From Candidatus Omnitrophota bacterium (GTDB lineage: Bacteria > Omnitrophota > Gorgyraeia > Gygaellales > JAHJCI01): DNA of 64,000 nucleotides. The DNA lies in contig JBHPGP010000002.1 in NCBI GenBank assembly GCA_042570305.1, forward strand, positions 4,024 through 68,023. The letters are read 5' to 3'. The translations under genes and the position numbers were made by a program. The notes under the pieces are model-generated. The model was not told the origin of the DNA, made no database searches, and was given only the letters and a program-made list of their open reading frames with translations. Each line of letters begins with the position of its first letter. Position 1 is the stretch's first letter. Positions 9,002-18,500 of the stretch are shown in pieces.

Positions 9002-10249
9002 ATGAGAATCTTAAAGATCATATTAACTTCCCTATTGGCGATTCTGATTATACTGCTGAGCACGGCATATATCTTTGTTTCGCTTAAGGGCAGGGTACTG
9101 CTCACGCAGCAATTGGAGAAAGCGCTTAATAAGCGCGTAAACATCGGCTATTTGGGGCTTAAGATGCCCCTGGGGGCGGAAATACGCGATTTGAGGATTG
9201 AGGGCCTGACAGATATCGATTATATTTACGTCTCCCCTCATTTATTCGGATTGCTTAGCGGCAAGATTATTCTCGACAGACTCATAATCTCAGGTCCGAA
9301 GTTTGATTGGGTAATTGAATCACCTGAAAACAAGACAGCAAAAATCAACAGCCAGGTAAGGGATAAGCGCGAAATCTTAGTTAAGGCTAAAGCAGCACCG
9401 GTTTCACCGGCAGCAGAGACCCATACTCTGCCACCGGTAATTATAAAATACCTGAGAATAAAAGACGGTGTTATAAACCTGATTGACCGTACTGTTCCTC
9501 AGCCAGGACTTACAATAAGCTTAAAGGATATTTTGCTGGATGTGGATAATTTATGCCTGGCTTCTCAATCGGCGATTAGTAATTTTCAGTTGATGACAAA
9601 GATACCCTGGCAGGAGGGTTCGGCCGAAGGTTCGATTTATGCATCCGGTTGGTTAAACCTTTACAAAAGGGATATGCAGGCCAGAATCGAGATCGAGAAT
9701 ATAGACGGCGTTTACCTGCACCCGTATTATTCACAATGGGTGGATTTGGAAGGCGCACGCATAGATAAGGCAAGCCTGAATTTTACAAGCGATATCCAAG
9801 GTCGGGATAATGAGGTTGTCGCTCAATGCCGGCTGGAATTGGCAGATATTCAATTCAAACCGCGGCCGCCTGAACAGCCTGAGCAAAAAGCAGAAAAGAT
9901 TACCACTGTGATTCTGGGGATGTTCCGCTCATTAAATCAGGGTAAGGTCGTGTTGAATTTTACCGTACGCACAAAGATGGATAAGCCGGAATTCGGGGTT
10001 AGCGATATTAACCAGGCAGTCGAAGATACGCTTAACCGGGCAATGAAATCCGATAAGGTGAGTATTGAGGATGTGGCAGCACTACCTGCTAAACTGGTGG
10101 GGGGCGTGGCAAGGGGAACAACCGGGGCAACCAAGGCCATTGTCGGGGGAGCGTTTTCCGTAGGCAAGAGCCTGCTGGATGTTTTTACGCTTGAGCAACC
10201 AGAAGATGAGGAATCGCAGCCTGCACAGGAAGACCTACTCAAAAATTAA
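9002..10249 (+). CDS. AsmA-family / DUF748-like envelope protein
   Basis: N-terminal TM anchor, then LxxxLxxxxGxxVxIGxL...LxGxIxLDxLxIxGPKF, a pattern typical of AsmA-like N-termini. Paralogous N-terminus at 32330. Confidence 0.45.
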   Translation: MRILKIILTSLLAILIILLSTAYIFVSLKGRVLLTQQLEKALNKRVNIGYLGLKMPLGAEIRDLRIEGLTDIDYIYVSPHLFGLLSGKIILDRLIISGPKFDWVIESPENKTAKINSQVRDKREILVKAKAAPVSPAAETHTLPPVIIKYLRIKDGVINLIDRTVPQPGLTISLKDILLDVDNLCLASQSAISNFQLMTKIPWQEGSAEGSIYASGWLNLYKRDMQARIEIENIDGVYLHPYYSQWVDLEGARIDKASLNFTSDIQGRDNEVVAQCRLELADIQFKPRPPEQPEQKAEKITTVILGMFRSLNQGKVVLNFTVRTKMDKPEFGVSDINQAVEDTLNRAMKSDKVSIEDVAALPAKLVGGVARGTTGATKAIVGGAFSVGKSLLDVFTLEQPEDEESQPAQEDLLKN

Positions 10250-10272
10250 TTTCTGCTTCAACCAACCACCTA

Positions 10273-11775
10273 TTATACTACGGGCAAGGTGAAGAAGAAT
10301 GTTGTTCCTTGCCCCTTTTCACTCTCCACCCAGATCCTTCCGTGATGCAGTTCTACTATTTCTTTTGCAATCGATAGGCCCAGCCCTGTACCGCCTATAT
10401 CAGTCCAGGTTCTTTCTCCTACCTGCTGAAACTTATCAAAGACTTTAGGCAAGTCTTCTTTATCTATACCGACTCCGGTATCAGTTACGCTGATTAAAAT
10501 CTCCTGATTATTCCCTGCCGTTTGAGCCTTGATGGTTATCTTGCCATTACGAGGAGTAAATTTGATGGCATTCCCGACGATATTGTTGAAAATCTGAATT
10601 ATCCTTAACTGGTCTATCTGTGCTTGCGGGAGGTTGTTTTGAACCAGCTTTTCTATCCCGATAGCCTTAGTTTTTGCCCAGGCACTCATACTTTCGCAGA
10701 CGTCTTCGATAATCTTATCCATTGAGCAGGGCTCGGGCTTTAAAACCATTTTCCTTTCCTCAAGCTTTGAGAGGTCGAGAACGTCGTTAATTAATTTATG
10801 CAGCCTTTCCAGATTGCGTTTAATAATGGTAAGGAACTTTTCCTGGATTTCGCTGAGAGAACCGCCAGTCTGTTCCAGCATCACAGCCAGAGAATTCTGG
10901 ATTATTGCAATGGGGGTACGCAATTCATGAGAGACCTTTGAGACAAAATCAGACTTTAACTTTTCCAGTTCTCTCTGTTTGGTGACATCGCTTAACATGG
11001 CAACCATCCCTACGGTCTTGCCGTCTTCATCCTCGATTACCGCACTGCTTGACCTGAGTATTCTCTTGGTTTCGGCATTTTGACTAGTGAGTTCAATTTC
11101 CCTGTTGCCCTTGGCAGTATCTTTTACTAAGGAAATAAGCTGTTCATCTTTGATGTTCTCCATGAGAGGCTTTCCGATTTTCTTTTTCCTTTGAACTCCC
11201 AGCAGTTTTTCGGCAGCCGGATTCATCAGGAGGACATTGCCTTTAGCGTCGACTACTACCAGCCCCTCTGCAATGCTGCGCACAACCGATTCCGTCTGCT
11301 GTTTTTCCTTAACGACATTCTTATATTTTTTCTGGACAGTGATTATGGTCTGTTTCTTTTCCTCGACAATCTCTTCATATTTTTGACTTAACTCTGCCTT
11401 AACCTCTTCTGTTCTTTTCTTTAACTCGGTATTGACAATATTTACGATGGTACCGGTTATTTTCTGCCGGTCTCCCCCGGAGGAGGGGAGTTGCTCTATC
11501 TGCGAAGAAATTTCTTCTGAAATTACCTTTGCAATCGGTCGCTTGTCTCCGCTTGGGCCTACAGTGATGCTCCTTTTTAACGCAAGGTCCTTGGCGCTTT
11601 CCTTTCTTGCGAAATGGAAAAGAAGCAAAGCAAGCACGACGGCAACAATTACAGTAACTATAAACACTATGCTGACAGACGGTTCAGAGCTTGTTTCAGG
11701 AGGCGTTGCGCAGGCATTAGCCTCCCAGACAGCGAGCAGTAGTCCGATTAAAAAAATTCTTGCAGCTTTCAACAT
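10273..11775 (-). CDS. Sensor histidine kinase (signal peptide/TM, PAS, HisKA, HATPase_c)
   Basis: H-box SHELRTPIAIIQN. N/G boxes NAIKFTP...DTGVGI...GGTGLGLSIAKEIVELHHGRIWVESEKGQGTTFFFTLP. N-terminal hydrophobic segments. Confidence 0.85.
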   Translation of the reverse strand: MLKAARIFLIGLLLAVWEANACATPPETSSEPSVSIVFIVTVIVAVVLALLLFHFARKESAKDLALKRSITVGPSGDKRPIAKVISEEISSQIEQLPSSGGDRQKITGTIVNIVNTELKKRTEEVKAELSQKYEEIVEEKKQTIITVQKKYKNVVKEKQQTESVVRSIAEGLVVVDAKGNVLLMNPAAEKLLGVQRKKKIGKPLMENIKDEQLISLVKDTAKGNREIELTSQNAETKRILRSSSAVIEDEDGKTVGMVAMLSDVTKQRELEKLKSDFVSKVSHELRTPIAIIQNSLAVMLEQTGGSLSEIQEKFLTIIKRNLERLHKLINDVLDLSKLEERKMVLKPEPCSMDKIIEDVCESMSAWAKTKAIGIEKLVQNNLPQAQIDQLRIIQIFNNIVGNAIKFTPRNGKITIKAQTAGNNQEILISVTDTGVGIDKEDLPKVFDKFQQVGERTWTDIGGTGLGLSIAKEIVELHHGRIWVESEKGQGTTFFFTLPVV

Positions 11776-11943
11776 TCAAAACCCCTTTCTTATGGCAACC
11801 GTACTTAAGGAATTTCCTTAGTTAACTATATACTAATCTTAAATGCAAATTTTAATTTTTCAAGGAAAATTTGTATAGTCTTGCTTAAAGAAAATGGTTT
11901 ACAGCAATAGGAGTATAGGTATAATATATGCTTACCGTAAATT

Positions 11944-12018
11944 GGTGGGTGTAGCTCAGCTTGGCAGAGCACTTGACTGTGGCTCAAGTTGTCGCGGGTT
12001 CAAATCCCGTCACCCACC
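11944..12018 (+). tRNA. tRNA-His (anticodon GTG) with encoded G-1
   Basis: Extra 5' G (G-1) opposite discriminator C73. Acceptor GTGGGTG/CACCCAC, anticodon stem CTTGA/TCAAG with loop CTGTGGC, T-arm GCGGG-TTCAAAT-CCCGT. Confidence 0.85.
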
Positions 12019-12021
12019 CTT

Positions 12022-12150
12022 GAAATTTTTGCTGCACAAAAATTTCACTTCTCATCCTAGCCCGATAAATTTCGAAAATTTGCCTACCTATAAAAAACAA
12101 TTTAGGTCGCAAATTTGAAGGAATTTATGGGCTGATTAGGATGAGAAGTG
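12022..12150. repeat. Nested inverted repeats / structured region immediately 3' of tRNA-His
   Basis: Perfect palindrome gaaatttttg-ctgca-caaaaatttc (12022-12046). 18-bp inverted repeat cacttctcatcctagccc (12046-12063) versus gggct[gatt]aggatgagaagtg (12129-12150) with a ~65-bp loop containing a further aaatttgc/gcaaattt inversion. Confidence 0.6.
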
Positions 12151-12534
12151 GAGTTGGTTAAAAATTTAGTGCCCAAGCCTGCCCAGAAATTATCAAAGAG
12201 AATTTTGTGGCGATTAGGCGAGGGGCAAATATTGGAAGAATCTAAGGCTATGAAGCAATACCGATCATAGCCCTTTTTTGTCTCTTTAGTCTGTGCCTAG
12301 GGCGTCCTCTTGTCGAATATTACTGCCCGGCCAGAACGAGAATACCCTTGCCGTTTGCGCTGGAAACTTAAAGGTTCTCGTATAAGTTTCATTGACGAAA
12401 TAAAACATACTGCTCAAAGATTTTGTATAGTTGAAATATCGTTTTATAGTGTATAATAACCATTGCAGGATTCCTCATTCTAATAGTTTTATCTTTCGAG
12501 CGACTCACTTGCGGAAAAGGAGTAGGAGCGTGCA

Positions 12535-15500
12535 TTGTCTCTAAAGTTTCTTCAAGACTATATTTTACCCCTTAAAATGCGTCTCGGCGCCTTTCTGCAT
12601 TGGAACAGGATCACCGAGGAAGAGCCTCTTCGTGCCGAGCTTTTTAGCATAGAGCAGTTCAAGGCGCATGCGAAAAAACTGGCCCAAGGGCATATGGTCA
12701 GTTACAAAAAGGGGCACAACAAATTATTGCTGCGGCTGAAGCAAAATGAAAATGTCCTTGTTGAGATCTATAAACTCCTCAACGAGACCGGTAAATCCAA
12801 ACGAAAGATCTCGCCGGCCGGAGAATGGCTTCTCGATAACTACTATCTTATTGAGGAGCAGATAAGGCTTGCCCAGAAATGCCTTCCGGAACATTACATC
12901 CGTGAATTACCCCACCTTTTTCAGGGGCCGCTTGCCGGCTATCCGCGTGTGTATGAGCTTGCTATGGAGCTTGTCTCGCACGGCGACGGACGGCTGGATA
13001 GCCAGGGGCTTACGGAGTTTGTCACGGCCTATCAAACCGTTAACCACTTGAAGCTTGGTGAACTGTGGGCTATTCCTATCATGTTGCGGCTGGCGCTTAT
13101 TGAGAATTTAAGGCGCGTGTCCTCCCGGATGATCGTGGCACAAACGGAAAGAGATAAAGCGAATTATTGGGCGACGCGAATCCTCAAAGTTTCGGCCAAA
13201 GATACCGATGGGGTGGTCTTTGAGATTGTGGCGATGTCCAGGGCTAACCCTCTGCTTTCTGATGCTTTTGTCGCGGAATTCATGCGGCGTTTGCATGGTC
13301 AAATCCAGGTGTTCAATCTTCCCTTTGCCTGGTTGGAAAAGAAACTCGCGGAGCAGGGAGACACCCTTGAGAGGATAATTCGGGCGACCAGCCAAAAACA
13401 GGCGTCTGACCAGGTTTCGATCGCGAACACGATCGGGAGCCTGCGTCTTCTGGAGATCACAGATTGGCATGATTTTGTCGAAGCGCTCAGCGTTGTGGAA
13501 AAGCTTTTGGGCCAGGACCCATCTGGGGATTATCGCAGGATGTCTTTCGCTACCCGTGATCGCTACCGGCATGTCGTTGAGCAATTTTCCTTGAGAAGCA
13601 AAATCACAGAAGAAGAGATCGCGGCGCGCGCGATCCGGCTCGCCAAGACCGGGGAAAAAAAATTCGGCCCCGGTCACGTCAAGGCGCATGTAGGTTTTTA
13701 CCTGATCGACCGGGGATTGGAGCTTTTTTGCCGCGAATTAGGCCTGCGCTTACCTCTGCGCCAGTACCTGCAGGCCAAGAAAACGTTTTGGCCGTCTGTT
13801 TTGTTTTTCGGCGCTATTACTTTTATAACTCTTGCTCTGACCGTCGGTATTTTGTATTGGGTGCAGCCTGCGGGGCTATTGAGTTGGCGGCGGCTTGTTT
13901 TATTCTGGGTGTCGCTTTTCCTTGTGACAAGCCAGACGGCGGTCTCGATGGTGAACTGGTCTTTCATGATGCTCGTAAGACCCAAAAACCTTCCCCGGAT
14001 GGACTTTTCAGAAGGAATTCCCGCCTATGCCCATACCTTGGTCGTGGTCCCTTGTATAATTAGTGATGCGCGGACAGTCGACTCTCTACTCGAAGGGTTG
14101 GAGGTTCGGTATTTGGCGAATATTGACGCGAATACGGATTTCGCACTCTTAACTGATTTTTGCGATGCCAAGCAGGAGACGATGCCTGAAGACGAAGTGC
14201 TTCTGGCGCAGGTTAAGGATGGCGTCGCAAAGTTGAATTACAAATACCGAAGGAAAAAAGAATATGTTTTTTGTCTTCTGCATAGGCCTCGCAGGTGGAA
14301 TGAAAGAGAAAAGCTGTGGATGGGGTATGAACGCAAGCGGGGCAAGCTCGGGGATTTGAACGCGCTCCTGCGCGGAAAAGGAGATGGCCGCTTCAGTGTG
14401 ATTCTCGGGGACACTCAGAGGCTTCAGGATGTGCAATATGTTATTACGCTGGATGCGGATACTCGGACCTCCCGCAATGCCGCGCGAGAGCTCGTGGGGG
14501 TTATCGCGCATCCCCTGAACCGGCCGGTCTATGATGAAAAAAAACAACGGGTTGTTTCTGGATACGGGATTCTCCAGCCCCGGGTCGAACCCAGTTATCC
14601 CGGGAAAACTCCTTCGTTGTTCGCGAAGATTTTCGGAGGCGATACGGGAATCGATCCGTATACCAAAACGGTTTCCGATGTTTACCAAGATGTTTTCTTC
14701 GAAGGGTCATTTATCGGGAAAGGGCTTTATGACGTGGATTCCTTCGAAAGATCCATGGAAGGCCGTTTTCCGGAAAATGCCATATTGAGCCATGATCTTT
14801 TGGAGGGGTGTTACGCCCGGTCCGGGCTTGTGACCGATGTCCAATTTTACGAAGGATATCCCCAGGGGTATCTTAAGGATGTTAGCCGCAGGCACCGTTG
14901 GATCTGCGGGGACTGGCAGATTCTTTCCTGGCTGTTTGCCTCGGTCCGCGTTCACAGTGGCGCAAAAGTCAAAAATCCGATTTCCTTCCTGTCGCAATGG
15001 AAGATCATGGATAATCTGAGGCGAAGCCTCGTTCCTTTCGCAACCGTTCTTTTGTTTTTATCAGGATGGATCTGTTTTCAGCCGTCTTGGATATGGTCGG
15101 TTTTGGTCCTCGCTCTCATGGGTTTTCCCCTTGTGCCGATGTCCTTGGCGGAGGCGGTGAGGAAATCCGAGCTTTTGACCTTCAAGACCCATGTTGGCCT
15201 GGTGGTATCCTCATGCAGGAAGAACCTGCTCAGGTTATTCTTCTCATTCGTTTTTTTGCTGCACGAGGCGGTCTATTGTTTGGACGCGATCGCGCGGACT
15301 TTGTGGCGAATGCTGGTGTCACGCAGACGGTTGCTGCAATGGAAGACTTTTCTTGAAGCAGAAGCCTCCTTATCGGAACGTATTTCTGGCTACTACCAAA
15401 GCATGTGGTTGGCACCGCTTGCCGCCGCTGTGCTGCTGGTCTTTTTTTTGGCGGTATTCCAGCGTTTCGATGGATTAACTTTGTTTTTTGTAAGTCTGTG

Positions 15501-18500
15501 GTTCGTTTCTCCCGCGGTGGCGTACGGCATCAGCCAGCCCGCATCTCCCCGTAAGATCATGCTTTCCAAAGCCCAGACCATTTTTCTCAGAAAGCTTGCC
15601 CGGAGGAACTGGGCGTTCTTTGAGAATTTCGTTACCGAGAAGGATCACTGGCTGCCCCCGGACAATTTTCAGGAAGTACCTGTTAGCGGTCTGGCTCATA
15701 GGACGTCTCCAACGAATATCGGCCTGTCGCTTCTTGCGAATTTGACGGCTTATGATTTTGGCTATGTTTCAATGGGGATGATGTTCCAGCGGACGGAAAA
15801 AACATTCGTCACCTTGAACCTTATGGAACGGTTCAGGGGGAATTTTTACAACTGGTACAATACGGAGACGCTGAAGCCTCTGGCACCTCTCTATATCTCA
15901 TCGGTGGATAGCGGAAACCTGGCCGGCCATTTGCTGGTCCTGCGTGCGGGGCTTAGGGAAATGAGTTCTCGGAAGATCATCTCCGCGAAGATGTTTGACG
16001 GGCTGGGAGATACCCTGGAGATCCTTTATCAAAGTGTGGCGGAGTTTGAGAAAAGCCGAAAGAGCACTGTCGTCGAACCCCTTCGGGGAGTTTCCCAAAG
16101 AGTCGAGCAATTTCAGGAAAAGTGTAAGTCTTCTCCCGCGCGTCTTTCGGAAATCTATACGTTTTTGCGCCAGCTTTCAACGGATATTTCCAAGGTTCTC
16201 ACGGGCTTGGATCAGAAACACTATGACCAATCTAAAAAATGGGCCCGCGCCTTGGAACGGCAGTGTTACGATTTTCTGGAGGATATGTCTTTTATCGCTC
16301 CCTGGATTTTGCTTGCGCCGGAAATACCGGGTATGTGGGAGGCAGGGGATGAAAAACAGCAGCAGCGACTCGGTCAGCTCCGGGAGGCTCTTCGGTCTTT
16401 GGACGAGATCCCCGCGCTTGGGGAAGTGGCCAGGCTTGAGCAGAAGCTAGTTCCGCTTATCGAGGAGATCACCGGGGCCATGCTGGTCGCGGATGATGAG
16501 TCAAAAAGGGCCCACGAATGGTTTTTAAAACTCCGCGAGACGATCAAGGATGCCGGAACACGGTCCGCCGAACGGATTAAAGCCATCGATTATATCGTGC
16601 TGCGGTGTAACGAGATATCTGGCATCGAATATGAATTCCTGTATGATAAGGGTACACACCTTCTTTCCATCGGATACAATGTCAGCGAGCATAAGGTGGA
16701 TCGGGGTTGTTATGATTTACTGGCGTCCGAGGCCCGGTTTTGCAGCTTTGTCGCGGTCGCTCAAGGGAAAATGCCTCAGGATCATTGGTTCAAGCTTGGT
16801 CGGATGATTGCAAAACTCGAAGGGGATCCTGTTCTGATCTCCTGGGGCGGGTCGATGTTTGAATATCTCATGCCTCTCTTGGTGATGCCGACCTATGCCG
16901 GGAGTCTGCTGGAACAGACCTACAAGGCCGCGGTTAGCGGTCAGATCCGGTATGCGGCCAATAACAATATTCCCTGGGGGATCTCAGAGTCCTGTTACAA
17001 TAAGTTCGATGCGAATATGGTTTACCAGTATCACTCTTTCGGAGTCCCGAATATGGGTTTCAAACCGGGACTCGCGGAGGATCTGGTCGTGGCCCCCTAT
17101 GCTTCGATGCTGGCCCTGATGGTTGAGCCGGAGAAGGCCTGTGAGAATCTCGAGCGCTTATCCTCGGAAGGGGTCGCAGGGATATATGGTTTCTATGAAG
17201 CGGTCGATTACACGCCTGCGCGTCTTGCTCCGGATCAAAACCGGGCGATCGTGAAATCCTACATGGCGCATCATCAGGGTATGAGTTTCTTGTCTCTGGC
17301 CTATGTGCTTCTGGACCAACCTATGCAAAGGCGTTTTCTTTCCGAGCCGATGTTTCAAGCAGCCGAGCTGCTTCTGCAAGAGCGCATCCCGGTCAGCGAA
17401 CCGTTCCTCTACGATTTTGAAGTAACCGGAATGCTGAGAAAATTCGGAGACCGGGAAACCCTTTTGCGGGTGTTTACGACTCCTCAAACTCCGGTGCCTG
17501 AAGTCCACCCGCTCTCCAACGGCCGCTACCACGTGATGGTAACCAACTCCGGAGGAGGCTATAGCCGCTGGCAAAATGTCTCCCTGACGCGCTGGTGTGA
17601 AGATGCGGCTCTGGACAATGACGGGACATTTGTTTATCTGCGGGATGTGGAGTCTGGTCAGTTCTGGTCTTCGGCATATCAGCCGACACGAAAAAATCCA
17701 AAGAGCTATGAAGCCTTGTTTTCTCAGGCTTGGGCGGAGTTCAAGCGCAGGGATCAGCAGATCGAAACGCATACCGAGATTGCGGTTTCTCCGGAAGATG
17801 ACATAGAACTACGCCGGGTGACGATCACCAACCGTTCACGTAATAGGCGTGTCATTGAAGTGACCAGTTACGCGGAAGTTGTGTTGAATGATCTCTCAAG
17901 CGATCAGGCCCACCGGACATTCAGTAATCTGTTCGTCCAGACCGAAATTATCAGGTCTCACCAGGCGATCCTTTGCAAGCGGCGTCCGCGCTCCGATAAA
18001 GAAACATTCCCCTGGATGCTGCACCTGATGGCAGTCCACGGGAATGCGCTCGTGGGTGCTACTTATGAAACTGACCGCAACAAGTTCATCGGACGAGGCC
18101 GCACGCTGGCGGATCCCGCAGCGATGGAGGGGCAGGACAATCTTTCGGACAGTGAGGGTTCTGTGCTTGACCCGATCGTTTCGATACGCAGCCGGATCGA
18201 ACTGCTGCCAGAGGAATCAGCCACGATCGATTATGTGACCGGAATATGCGAGAGCCGGGAATCCGCGCAGGCGCTTATGGAAAAATACAGGGACCGGAAT
18301 CTGGCCGACCGCGTTTTTAACCTGGCGTGGACTCACGGGCAGGTTGCCTTGCAGCAGATCAATACGACGGAGGCTTCCGCTCAGCTTTACGGCCGTCTGG
18401 CCAGCGCCATTTTGTACGCGAATCCCGCCTGGCGGTCGAGCGCGAGTATTTTGCGGCGGAATAACCGGGGCCAGTCTGATCTTTGGGGGTACAGTATTTC

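Noticed and set aside
8757-9144. ORFs 8757..8954 (+) and 8908..9144 (-)
   Set aside because: They overlap tRNA-Pro and tRNA-Arg, which are strongly supported by cloverleaf structure.
11191-11821. Plus-strand ORFs 11191..11391 and 11432..11821
   Set aside because: Antisense to the histidine kinase gene. No independent support.
11894-12118. ORF 11894..12118 (+)
   Set aside because: It spans tRNA-His and the downstream inverted-repeat region. No RBS, and the tRNA call is far stronger.
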